A stretch of 64,000 nucleotides of DNA from an uncultured Coriobacteriaceae bacterium (GTDB lineage: Bacteria; Actinomycetota; Coriobacteriia; Coriobacteriales; QAMH01): positions 102 through 64,101 of the forward strand of contig CAYSZR010000002.1 in NCBI GenBank assembly GCA_964435565.1, written 5' to 3'. Numbering within the stretch: position 1 is the first letter of the stretch; each line of letters begins with the position of its first letter. This document shows positions 52,901-60,961 of the stretch, piece after piece. The translations under genes and the position numbers were made by a program. The notes under the pieces are model-generated. The model was not told the DNA's origin, did no database searches, and saw only the letters and a program-made list of their open reading frames with translations.

Positions 52901-55045
52901 AAGGCCGGAGCCAGCATCCACCAACCACCCGTTGACTGTATACGAATGCCCGGCGACTAAACCGCTGTATGAAACGGTGTCGTTAAGGTGGGCGTCCATA
53001 TCTCGGCTAATGATTTTGTCGCCGTCTGCTGCATCGTAGGCAGTCGTGGCAATCGTAGGCGTGAGGTTTCCTACGGTGCCAAGATCGATGGTCGTCGCGT
53101 GTGCTGCATGCGCATAGGCTTCGAAGCTCACGAGCGCTTTGCCTGCGTTGGCTGCTACGGGCAACTCTTCGAAAAGATATTTGCAGGTAGAGCTGTCGGG
53201 CAAGGCCCCGTAATCGCTTCTGGGATCAATCCAGCCGCCATTAGCCGTCACGCCGAACCAGGTGCCTGCATCGGCATCGAGGCGCGTCTCATCGACGATG
53301 TATGCGCCGGTCATGTCTGTGCGCAATGCGGCGTCATTGGCATTTGTGCGTGTCGTGTGTTCGACATGGTTGGTATTCGAGTTGAATACGCCATTTGCGT
53401 CGGTAACTATCACATGGCGCTCGATCGGCGTCACGCCATCTGGCCCGATGCGGGTGACAAGGAATGGTATGCCGCTCATGGGGCGCTGCGTGTCCAGATC
53501 GCGCTTGGCAAAGCTGATGTCTTGGCGTATCGGGGTCTCCCAGATAGTGACTCCGTCTGCCCCAAGTGTTTCGCCTGCAGTCGTGTCGTGTTCGCCCGTG
53601 CCATTTGCTCGGACGGTGAAGACCGTGGGGGAGTTTTCTTTGGGAAACTCATAGGACGCAGGCACCGCGGTTTCGACGATTCTATAGGTCCCAAGCGGAA
53701 AGGCGCAGCTTCCATCTGCGCAGAAGAACAGCGCGTCTCCTCGCACGAAGCTTGCCTGAAGGTTTGAACGCAGGTCGACCTTGCCAGCTGCATCCGTTTT
53801 AAAGACCCATGTCCGTATAGGTGTGCCAGATGTTTCGCCATCGAGGTTCGCGAAATAGCTCACTTCGAACAGCGCATCTGCAAGGGGAGCGCTTCCAGAG
53901 GGGATGGATCCCCGTGTGAGTATGTCGTATTTGCTTATAAGAACACTGGGTGAAAGGCTTATCGGTTTATCGGAAACGTCATTGCCATGCGTATCCCCGG
54001 CCGTGCTGGCCGTGTCATGGATCCAGGCGTCTTGTCCGCCTTTGACCTCGCAGGTATAGATGGTTGAATTATAGGCATACCCTCTGCCCGTGACAGATGA
54101 TTCGACTTCGCGAATGAAGTAGGTTCCTGCATGCAGGTCTTCTGCTTCGGCATAGCCGTCTGCATTAAGAACGAGCGATTTTCCCGTGCCATGAGTGGAG
54201 CCGTTGCAATCCGCATTGGTGTAGATTCCATAGATGATTCCTTCAAGCGAATAACAAGGATTGCCATTTGTTATCTGGTCGTTTGCTGATGTCTTGTTTA
54301 TCTTTATCGTGCCGGTCGGGTTGTAGTACGAACTCATTGCGATGGTTTGAGAATCGCCGCCGTCGATTTGGTATGTCGCGAAGTCGCTGGGGACCTCGCC
54401 AGAACGTGCATAAGCACGCCGGCCCACGGCATTTGAGTTCTTCAATTCGCCGGTATTGATATCAAAGCCCGTGATGTAGAGCGTCAGCCAGTCAGAGAAG
54501 CTCTCGCTTGCGCCATATGTCGCATCGTATGCGCTTGAGCTATAGGTGTCTGCGAGCCATATATGAGAAGCGAGATAATAATCATCGCTGCTCATGGGCT
54601 CCCCGTTCCAGTTGACCGGTGGCCACATGCTCGCATCAAAGCCTGGTCCGCCATAAGCAAACCAGAGATCGGTTCTCATCTCTGCTTCTCGTCCGCTTAT
54701 CGTGCTGATGGGCGATTTCGAATAGTCACCTTCGCCTGGAGATGTTTTGGACGGTTCGACGCAGTATGCGACGGTGTCGCCTGCCCCGTCGTTGGCCCGA
54801 AATTTATGCGTATTCCACGAGCCGTCTGAGTAATCGATGGAACCGTCTTTCCAAAGGGACACGGTTTCGCCGGATGCCAGCGCGGGCTGGACGATGGATG
54901 CGCCCGGCCCCTGCAAGAGCAATGCGATGGCAAGAATGAGGCTTGCCGTCGTGATCATCAGCTGGAGTGTCGATTGTGCTGGGGATGTTTCTGATACTCC
55001 AAGAGATTTTCTTGTCGGATGTCGCTTTAAGGTTCGCATGCTCAT
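49904..55045 (-). CDS. Giant cell-wall-anchored adhesin with a Thr-Gln ester-bond (VaFE-type) repeat shaft
   Basis: 1713 aa. It has a signal peptide (...IVQPALA/SGE), an N-terminal region with YCVEP, and SpaA/Cna-B-like domains. Eight repeats of about 124-130 aa each carry VVFE and HxDxxDxxQ. The C-terminal sorting-like signal is IVKTGD plus a TM helix plus RRRF. Confidence 0.9.
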   Translation of the reverse strand: MSMRTLKRHPTRKSLGVSETSPAQSTLQLMITTASLILAIALLLQGPGASIVQPALASGETVSLWKDGSIDYSDGSWNTHKFRANDGAGDTVAYCVEPSKTSPGEGDYSKSPISTISGREAEMRTDLWFAYGGPGFDASMWPPVNWNGEPMSSDDYYLASHIWLADTYSSSAYDATYGASESFSDWLTLYITGFDINTGELKNSNAVGRRAYARSGEVPSDFATYQIDGGDSQTIAMSSYYNPTGTIKINKTSANDQITNGNPCYSLEGIIYGIYTNADCNGSTHGTGKSLVLNADGYAEAEDLHAGTYFIREVESSVTGRGYAYNSTIYTCEVKGGQDAWIHDTASTAGDTHGNDVSDKPISLSPSVLISKYDILTRGSIPSGSAPLADALFEVSYFANLDGETSGTPIRTWVFKTDAAGKVDLRSNLQASFVRGDALFFCADGSCAFPLGTYRIVETAVPASYEFPKENSPTVFTVRANGTGEHDTTAGETLGADGVTIWETPIRQDISFAKRDLDTQRPMSGIPFLVTRIGPDGVTPIERHVIVTDANGVFNSNTNHVEHTTRTNANDAALRTDMTGAYIVDETRLDADAGTWFGVTANGGWIDPRSDYGALPDSSTCKYLFEELPVAANAGKALVSFEAYAHAAHATTIDLGTVGNLTPTIATTAYDAADGDKIISRDMDAHLNDTVSYSGLVAGHSYTVNGWLVDAGSGLALPSSDGSPVTSHATFTAPATNGTLELPFVFDASVVSDGARIVVCETLFEGDRVLARHEDLDDASQSATVVQPAIATSACDATDGDARVIKDVDTTVLDHVTFTGLAPGATYTLTGTIMDKKTGQPYIASGAPISTSASFAPQESHGTVDMAFTFDATGLDSGTELVVFEKLTRGDREIATHEDISDEGQTVTVFPPRIETSVADQADGDQIASADIETTILDTVSYSGLQPGREYTMKGALVEKQTGRPITDPFGQQVTASRTFAPITSDGSVDIPFVFDASNTNVATVGVVFEELYRDGRKLASHIDIEDALQSIVIEQPSMQSTASGDDMSKTIARDDGVTLNDFVAFRGLKPKTTYQLIGTVMDKQSGTVLRKRDGSTVSSTMQFSPESSDGVAHMSFSLDATVVDEGAELVVFERLSRAGVKLARHEDLDDAGQTVTIAIPQIKTSAVSRDNTKTVVRDTDAHIIDTVSYANLMPAAEYTLVATLMDKTTGQPLTDASGNVPTASATFTPEHANGEFPLTVTFDASSLEAGSELVVFEKLFRDGIEITKHEDIADEGQTVCVQPPDISTSASDPEDGDREISAGDGTRILDAVSYRGLQPGASYTIVGTLMDKEAGQPLLDAQGKTIQSTQSFIPDKTDGTTEVAFRYDASLDNTTQTAVVFENLYRDEKLIASHENLDNASQTVIASLPNIQTSAIDKADADKVIMRGRVATITDTVAYTGLKPGEEYELTGTLMVNDGTLAGTPALDAFGNPISAQAKFTPETAHGSIELDFEIDTTIMDNDADVVVFETLLRAGSTLATHADLADEGQTVHIVSPTLETHASDASDGDSELAATLDCKIIDAVTYTGLECGREYIIAGTLMDKTDGSPLLVDDRPVTVKARFVATRESGSADVCFELDARRIAGHDLVAFEQLLDASGSRLIAHENLEDKRQTVHVADKTSSGFSRVLGNIVKTGDESLLAFAACGCIAALVLGSLFFFRRRFLGGDADK
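50070..53120 (-). repeat. Intragenic tandem array of 8 repeats (about 375-390 nt each) encoding Ig-like shaft domains
   Basis: The protein-level period contains I.TSA...D.V.Y.GL.PG..Y...G.LMDK.TG.P...VVFE.L.R....A.HEDI.DEGQTV. The boundaries are approximate. Confidence 0.8.
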
Positions 55046-55251
55046 TTCTCCTTCATGTACAGGTGCTTACACGGGGCATAGCCCACCGAGGTTCACTCAT
55101 GCTATCGCCCGGCTCCCTTGCCAAACCACCCCCAAAATCTGCTGGTTATCGGCACTTTTTTGGAATGAAAACGGAGCTGAATCCGAACAAGATCGGAATT
55201 GCGAAGCTCAAGAAATGGATTCGCCCGCACCAGCCTCAACAATCGGGGGCT

Positions 55252-55281
55252 GCCTTCGTTGCAAACGCCTTCGTTGCAAAC
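55252..55281. repeat. Perfect 15-bp tandem duplication GCCTTCGTTGCAAAC x2
   Basis: 55252-55266 and 55267-55281 are identical. The unit resembles the right arm (GCCTTTGATTGCAAA) of the dispersed hairpin family. It lies between the divergent adhesin and mobB genes. Confidence 0.8.
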
Positions 55282-55287
55282 GTTAAT

Positions 55288-55315
55288 TTGTCGCAGTGGC
55301 GCGCTGCGCTATACT
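55288..55315 (+). promoter_or_regulatory. Candidate promoter for the Moco operon (TTGTCG-16-TATACT)
   Basis: The hexamers are at 55288-55293 and 55310-55315, about 50 nt upstream of mobB. Confidence 0.35.
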
Positions 55316-55364
55316 CTCTGCAATATAAATTGATTGAGCGTACGCTGAAATGAGAAGAGGGCGC

Positions 55365-55901
55365 ATGGGCACGGTTCCTGTGATTACGGTGACGGGGTGG
55401 TCGAATTCGGGAAAGACCACGTTTACCACGCGTGTCGTCGAACAACTCAGCAACGCCGACGTGCGCGTTGGCGTTATCAAGCATCACGGCCATAGGGAAG
55501 GCGGCGTGGACCAGGAGGGTAAGGATTCCTGGAAATATGCGCAGGCTGGTGCAAACCCTGTCGTCCTCGCAGCCTCTGCTCAGTACGCGATTTTCGTGAG
55601 CACGCCGCAGCGTGAGGCAACACGCGACGAGCTTGTCGCGAAAATTGCAGACGATGTCGATTTCGTCATTGTCGAGGGCTTTCGGGCAGAGGCGGACGGT
55701 GCGGTCGAACTGTATCGAACCGCAGCGGGACATCCCGACCCCAAGCTTTCGCCCGAAGAGCGCATCGCGCTCATAACCGATAACGACGACCTTGCAGCAC
55801 AAGTTCGCGCCGAAGGAAAACCTGTCTTCGGTCTCGACGATGCCGAAGCCGTTGCCCGTTATTTCTGTGACCTCGCGGGCGTGAGAAACGTCGAGCTATA
55901 G
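55365..55901 (+). CDS. mobB: Molybdopterin-guanine dinucleotide biosynthesis adapter MobB
   Basis: VITVTGWSNSGKTT Walker A and VGVIKHHGH. The ATG at 55365 follows GAAGAGGG; an alternative ATG is at 55350. Confidence 0.85.
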   Translation: MGTVPVITVTGWSNSGKTTFTTRVVEQLSNADVRVGVIKHHGHREGGVDQEGKDSWKYAQAGANPVVLAASAQYAIFVSTPQREATRDELVAKIADDVDFVIVEGFRAEADGAVELYRTAAGHPDPKLSPEERIALITDNDDLAAQVRAEGKPVFGLDDAEAVARYFCDLAGVRNVEL

Positions 55902-55934
55902 TATTCTGCTCTGAACGAATAACTGGGAGCGTGC

Positions 55935-56939
55935 ATGAAAGACCATTTAGGGCGCAAGATCGATTATTTGCGCATTTCACTGACTGACAGATGCAACCTG
56001 CGCTGTATCTACTGTATGCCTGAAGAGGGCGTACCTTGGAGGGCGCACGAGTCGATCCTGCATATCGAGGAGATAGCGGAATTTACGCGACGCGCTGCAA
56101 AGGCGGGTATTCGCAAGATTCGTTTGACGGGAGGCGAGCCCCTTGTGCGTAAGGGCGTTGTCGACCTTATCCGCGAGATCCACGCGATTCCTGAAATCGA
56201 GGATATTTCGCTCACCACAAACGGGCTGCTTTTGCCAAGTATGGCGGCCGACCTGAAAGATGCGGGACTGAACCGCGTCAACATCTCGCTCGACACGCTT
56301 GATCCCGTGCAGTTCACCTATATCACCCGCTTAGGCAAGATCGAGGACGTCTTTTCGGCTATCGACGCTGCACTCGAATACGGTTTTGATCCTGTGAAGG
56401 TCAATGCCGTTGCCGTCCGCAGCCTGGATCAGGACTTCTTCGGGTTTGCCAAACTGTCCTATGACAAGCCCCTCCATGTGCGTTTTATCGAATACATGCC
56501 CGTCGGCGAGAGCACGGGCGGTACGGGCGCTGGCTGGACCGAAGACGATATCATCCCTGCCTCAGAGATTATCGAGCGCATTAACCAAGGTGCTGCAGCG
56601 GCGGGTATCGGCAAACTTGAGCCCGTAGGCGAAGACGGTCTTCCCGCAGGTTCTGGTCCCGCTATTTACTATAGGTTTCCAAACGCGCAGGGTACGGTCG
56701 GGTTCATCAGCGCGATGTCGAACCATTTCTGTTCGGCTTGCAACAGGCTGCGTCTCACCGCCGACGGCAAGATCAGGCCATGCCTTTTCAGCGATGAAGA
56801 AGTTGATGTCATGGCGGCGATTCGCAGCGGTGATGAAACGGCAATTGACAAGGCGATTGAACAGGCGATTGGCATCAAGCCTGATGAGCATCACGAAGAG
56901 CGCGGCACGGTGCGTCGCATGAGCCAGATTGGCGGATAG
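55935..56939 (+). CDS. moaA: GTP 3',8-cyclase MoaA (radical SAM)
   Basis: YLRISLTDRCNLRCIYCMP contains CxxxCxxC. The C-terminal second cluster is CSACNRLRLTADGKIRPCLF. Confidence 0.95.
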   Translation: MKDHLGRKIDYLRISLTDRCNLRCIYCMPEEGVPWRAHESILHIEEIAEFTRRAAKAGIRKIRLTGGEPLVRKGVVDLIREIHAIPEIEDISLTTNGLLLPSMAADLKDAGLNRVNISLDTLDPVQFTYITRLGKIEDVFSAIDAALEYGFDPVKVNAVAVRSLDQDFFGFAKLSYDKPLHVRFIEYMPVGESTGGTGAGWTEDDIIPASEIIERINQGAAAAGIGKLEPVGEDGLPAGSGPAIYYRFPNAQGTVGFISAMSNHFCSACNRLRLTADGKIRPCLFSDEEVDVMAAIRSGDETAIDKAIEQAIGIKPDEHHEERGTVRRMSQIGG

Positions 56940-56949
56940 GAGAGCGAAG

Positions 56950-57504
56950 ATGACGCAGGAACGACCTGGCGGACTTGCCGCAGGCACATCCGAAAACGAA
57001 GAGGCGCGCGATGGCTTTTTAAGCCATGTCGACGAAAAGGGCGCTGTGCGCATGGTCGATGTCTCTGCCAAGGCAGATACCGACCGACAGGCTATTGCCG
57101 AGGGGTGGATCTTCATGCATCCCGATACGCTTGCTATGATTACCGAGGGGGCTGCGGCTAAAGGCGATGTGCTTGCCTGTGCACGTGTCGCCGGCATTCT
57201 GGGATGCAAGCAGACGAGCTCGCTTATCCCAATGTGTCACCCGCTCAATATTACCAAGTCGAAATGCGAGCTTGAACCAGTGCTTGCAGGCCAGCGCGAC
57301 GATGGGCGCGTGGGCATTCACGCTGTGATGACCACTGGCGTTACCGGGAAGACTGGTATCGAAATGGAAGCGCTGACTGGTGTCAGCATCGCGCTGCTTA
57401 CGGTATACGATATGTGCAAAGCGGTGGATCGTGGCATGGAAATCTGCGATGTGCATCTGGTGCGTAAAGAAGGCGGCCGCACGGGCCTTTGGACGCGCGA
57501 ATAG
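56950..57504 (+). CDS. moaC: Cyclic pyranopterin monophosphate synthase MoaC
   Basis: VRMVDVSAK, LIPMCHPL and GVEMEALT-like (GIEMEALTG) motifs. The ATG follows AGGAGAG. Confidence 0.9.
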   Translation: MTQERPGGLAAGTSENEEARDGFLSHVDEKGAVRMVDVSAKADTDRQAIAEGWIFMHPDTLAMITEGAAAKGDVLACARVAGILGCKQTSSLIPMCHPLNITKSKCELEPVLAGQRDDGRVGIHAVMTTGVTGKTGIEMEALTGVSIALLTVYDMCKAVDRGMEICDVHLVRKEGGRTGLWTRE

Positions 57505-57518
57505 AAACTGAGGTTGTC

Positions 57519-57992
57519 ATGGATATCAAATTTTCAATTGTCACCTGCTCGTCCACACGCAGCATCGAAGATGATACCGCTGGAGCACGTCTGGAAGAGC
57601 TCATTGCCAGTCAGGGATGGATGACGATTTCTCATGTCGTCGTGCAAGACGATGTCGACCAGATTGCTGCCGCCATCGTCGCTGGTTGTGATGCTGGCGC
57701 AGACGTTGTTTTGACCTGCGGTGGCAGCGGGCTTTCGCTTGCTGACGTCACACCCGAGGCCACACGTAAAGTATGCGATCGCGAGGTGCCCGGCATTGCC
57801 GAAGCTATGCGTGCGTATTCCATGACAAAGACACATCGCGCAATGCTAAGCCGTGCGATAGCCGCGCAGCGCGGACGTGTGCTCATCGTGAATCTTCCGG
57901 GCTCTAAAAAGGCGGCAGAAGAAAACTGGGAGGGGATCTTCGACCAGTTCGATCACGCCGTTTCCATGATGGCAGGCGAAGGCCATGTCTAA
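57519..57992 (+). CDS. mog: Molybdopterin adenylyltransferase MogA/MoaB family
   Basis: VVLTCGGSGLS..DVTPEAT, PGIAEAMR and NLPGS motifs. Confidence 0.85.
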   Translation: MDIKFSIVTCSSTRSIEDDTAGARLEELIASQGWMTISHVVVQDDVDQIAAAIVAGCDAGADVVLTCGGSGLSLADVTPEATRKVCDREVPGIAEAMRAYSMTKTHRAMLSRAIAAQRGRVLIVNLPGSKKAAEENWEGIFDQFDHAVSMMAGEGHV

Positions 57993-58374
57993 ACGCGATG
58001 CTGAGTACCATACCGGCAGGCTCAACATCTCGTGCCCGCCGTCTATAAAGGATGCCATTGCTTCGGATGCGACAGCGCATGGACAATCGATAAGCCAGTT
58101 CATCTTGGCGCTTTATGAGAAAAGCGGTCAAGCTGGCAGCTCCGAGCATCTTGCGCGCGTGGGCCTTGACCTCGTGGGTCTCAAAAAGCGTATCGTCGAT
58201 ATCGACGTGCACATGCGGCGGATGCTGAGTCGCAACCAGGGCATGGTCGATCGGTCCGTTCTTGATGATTTAGCACAGCTCAAGACAATCGAGGCCGAGA
58301 TAGACGTTACGTTGCGTGAGACTATCAGCGCAGTGAAGCTCCTTAAAGAACGAGAGCACAATGACGGATATTAA
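57985..58374 (+). CDS. Ribbon-helix-helix (DUF1778/TacA-like N-terminus) protein with a coiled-coil tail
   Basis: RLNISCPPSIKDAIASDATAHGQSISQFILALYEK fits the RHH pattern (beta strand plus two helices). It overlaps the mog end by 8 nt and the next GNAT gene by 14 nt. Confidence 0.5.
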   Translation: MSKRDAEYHTGRLNISCPPSIKDAIASDATAHGQSISQFILALYEKSGQAGSSEHLARVGLDLVGLKKRIVDIDVHMRRMLSRNQGMVDRSVLDDLAQLKTIEAEIDVTLRETISAVKLLKEREHNDGY

Positions 58375-58855
58375 GATCAGGGCGTATTCGGATGCCGATG
58401 TTGCGACGATGGTCGCCATCTGGAACGAGGTCGTTGAAGACGGCATCGCCTTTCCGCAGGAAAATATGCTCGATGCTGGTACGGGGCGAGAGTTTTTTGC
58501 AGAACAAACTTATTGTGGGGTAGCCGAAGGCAACGATGGCCGAGTGTACGGGCTGTATATTTTGCACCCCAACAATATCGGGCGCTGCGGGCATATCTGC
58601 AATGCGAGTTATGCCGTTGCGGCAGCGAGCCGCGGTCTGCATATCGGGGAATCGCTTGTTAAAGATTGCCTCGAGCAGGGCAAGGTGCACGGGTTTCGTG
58701 TGCTGCAGTTCAACGCCGTGGTTGCGACCAATACGCACGCCCGTCACCTTTATGAACGATTGGGCTTCAAACAACTTGGAACCATTCCGGGTGGTTTTCG
58801 CATGCCTGATGGCAAGTACGAGGATATCTGCCCGTATTATCGCGAGCTGCTATAG
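58361..58855 (+). CDS. GNAT-family N-acetyltransferase (PAT/Mpr1-like)
   Basis: The acetyl-CoA motif A region is RGLHIGESLVKDCLEQGKVHGF. FNAVVATNTHARHLYERLGFKQLGTIP is typical of GNAT. Confidence 0.8.
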   Translation: MTDIKIRAYSDADVATMVAIWNEVVEDGIAFPQENMLDAGTGREFFAEQTYCGVAEGNDGRVYGLYILHPNNIGRCGHICNASYAVAAASRGLHIGESLVKDCLEQGKVHGFRVLQFNAVVATNTHARHLYERLGFKQLGTIPGGFRMPDGKYEDICPYYRELL

Positions 58856-58889
58856 CACGAAGTTTTGCGCTAGAATGATTTGCCGCAGC

Positions 58890-58966
58890 GCGCCCTTAGC
58901 TCAGCTGGATAGAGCACCGGACTTCTAATCCGACGGTCGAGGGTTCGAATCCCCCAGGGCGCGCCA
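58890..58966 (+). tRNA. tRNA-Arg (anticodon TCT), CCA encoded
   Basis: Acceptor GCGCCCT/AGGGCGC, D-arm GCTCAGCTGGATAGAGC, anticodon loop CTTCTAA and T-loop TTCGAAT. There is one mismatch in the T stem. Confidence 0.85.
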
Positions 58967-59160
58967 ATTCTCTCGAAGCCCGATAATCAAAAAAGGCATC
59001 TGAGCCGCTCAAACGGCGCTGAAATCCAAGAACATCAAATAGAGCAAAATCACCTGCCGTCAAATTGGCACCAAACAGATAAGCACAACGCATTCATTTG
59101 TTATCGGTAATCGCTAAGGATTTTAGAAATTCCAGCTCAATGCGGGTGAATAGTGCGCTA

Positions 59161-60960
59161 TTACTTCGTCAGGGAAAACGTTGAGCAGTTCAAATTGATG
59201 TTATTGTTGTATGTGCAGCGTTGCGCTGTTTTCAGCAGCGCGCGGATCTCGTCTCCGGCAACCTGCTCATAGGGATTGAGGGTAGCGCCGTTATCCCGCA
59301 TGCGCACGTGCACACATTCCTCGCAATCCGAAACGCTTAGCACCATTAATTTTTTTTCATTTGGAGCCAGCTGCCCATACGTCGCACGGGCAAGTCTCAA
59401 GCAAGCAAAGATCTGCTCTTGCAAAGGTTGCGAATATCCCTGTCGGTTCATGAATTCCGACAAGTCCCGCTCATTGGCCCGGTCGCCGTCTGCATTGATC
59501 TCCAGGCAGATATAGGCATCTTCCGATGCCGCCTCTTCGCCGGTATACATCATGAGGCCGTCTAACGTTAGGGTCCGCAAGCTCCGCTTTCCGCTTCTTA
59601 TCGTCCCCATCGTGAAGATAATGAAAAAAGTCAGAGCCTCGCTTACGATAAAGGACGCCCACAGGCCATCGGTGCCCATAAGCCCGCCCAGCAAAAACTC
59701 AAACGGGACGATGAGAAGCAGCAGCTCCAGTATGCTCAGAATCGTTGCAAGGTTCTCCCTTTTGCTGTTTTGGCAATAGAGGATCACCGTGGTGTTAGCT
59801 GATCGAAACACCAAGCTTATGGTAAGCATCACCATAGCGTTGCAAGCTATGGGCATAGCGGGGCTATCGGCCTCGATGCCCATAAGAAGCGGCGCCAATT
59901 GCGGGAAGAAGATGGTGAGCACCATTGCCGCAAGGCAGAATGCGACGCTGACGTTCAGCGTAAGGTAGAAGACTCTTTTTTGGGAAACGCGGTCCCCATC
60001 TCCTTGCATGACACCGATGATCGGAACCCCCGCCTGGATGAAGCCATACACAACCGCCAGCAAGACGTTGATCGACTGCGAGCGCACATTGAGGGCGGCC
60101 CCTGCCAGAGGCCCTGCGTAGGAAAATGCCAATACGGTCATGATCGTCATGTTGATGTATTCGCACAACTTGCCGCTGGCATAAGGTGCCCCTACCTTGA
60201 ATATTGCAAAGAGCGGATCCCTACGCGCCCCTTTTGCCACGAGTTTCAAGGTATTTGACTTCTTGCGAAAATGGGTGAGCAGAACTCCGATACCTGCGAT
60301 ATAGCTTATCGTGGTTGCCACGCCCAGACCGATGATGCCATAAGGTGCTACTATCAGCAGGTCCAGCACGATATCCAAAACCGCGATGACGGCAATGGCG
60401 ATAAGCGTCAGGTTCTTCGACCCATCCAGCCGGAGAAATGCGTTCAGGACCATGAGCGGGATGATAAGCGCTATGCCTGGCATGGTGCTGACGATATACT
60501 GCCAAGCCATAAGCCGTAAGGATTCGTCGACGCCTGTGCCACATATGAAATCGACGATCTGTGTGGCAAATACCATGCCGACGATAATCGTAATGACAGT
60601 CATCAAGATGCTGATGACCAGCGATTGGGTAAACCTGACATTGGCCGTTTCCCTATCGGCTTCGCCGATTGCATGAGCGGCGATCGTAGCACCACCCATG
60701 CAGAAATTACCGAGCATGGATGTAATCAACAGGAGAGGGGATGCTACCGCAATGGCGCTGAGCGCATTTTCGCCCAAAATCTGCCCGGCGATGACGCTGT
60801 CCGCAAAATTCCCGATGTAGTTGGTTACATACATCAGGACGGAAACCCAGAGGAAAGAGCGGAACGCTGAATTCAGCATCTTGAGTAACGCTGCTTGCCC
60901 GGAAAAGACGCGCTTCCTGTCTGTTTGTGTTTTCGGAAAACCGCGCGACTGCATCAGCAT
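59161..60960 (-). CDS. MATE-family efflux transporter with a cytoplasmic C-terminal extension of about 150 aa
   Basis: About 12 TM helices with MATE-like N-terminal packing. The start lies 1 nt after the GH3 stop. The last ~150 aa are hydrophilic and unassigned. Confidence 0.8.
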   Translation of the reverse strand: MLMQSRGFPKTQTDRKRVFSGQAALLKMLNSAFRSFLWVSVLMYVTNYIGNFADSVIAGQILGENALSAIAVASPLLLITSMLGNFCMGGATIAAHAIGEADRETANVRFTQSLVISILMTVITIIVGMVFATQIVDFICGTGVDESLRLMAWQYIVSTMPGIALIIPLMVLNAFLRLDGSKNLTLIAIAVIAVLDIVLDLLIVAPYGIIGLGVATTISYIAGIGVLLTHFRKKSNTLKLVAKGARRDPLFAIFKVGAPYASGKLCEYINMTIMTVLAFSYAGPLAGAALNVRSQSINVLLAVVYGFIQAGVPIIGVMQGDGDRVSQKRVFYLTLNVSVAFCLAAMVLTIFFPQLAPLLMGIEADSPAMPIACNAMVMLTISLVFRSANTTVILYCQNSKRENLATILSILELLLLIVPFEFLLGGLMGTDGLWASFIVSEALTFFIIFTMGTIRSGKRSLRTLTLDGLMMYTGEEAASEDAYICLEINADGDRANERDLSEFMNRQGYSQPLQEQIFACLRLARATYGQLAPNEKKLMVLSVSDCEECVHVRMRDNGATLNPYEQVAGDEIRALLKTAQRCTYNNNINLNCSTFSLTK

Positions 60961-60961
60961 A

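Noticed and set aside
54750-54766. Calling the adhesin N-terminal domain a functional Cys-Gln thioester domain.
   Set aside because: Only the Cys-side motif (YCVEP) is visible. The Gln-side TQxA(I/V)W motif is not found, so the call is reported only as a question, not as a feature.
55316-55934. A Moco riboswitch ahead of the mobB/moaA operon.
   Set aside because: The distance from the candidate promoter to mobB is about 50 nt and mobB-moaA are 33 nt apart. Both are too short for the ~130-nt Moco RNA motif.
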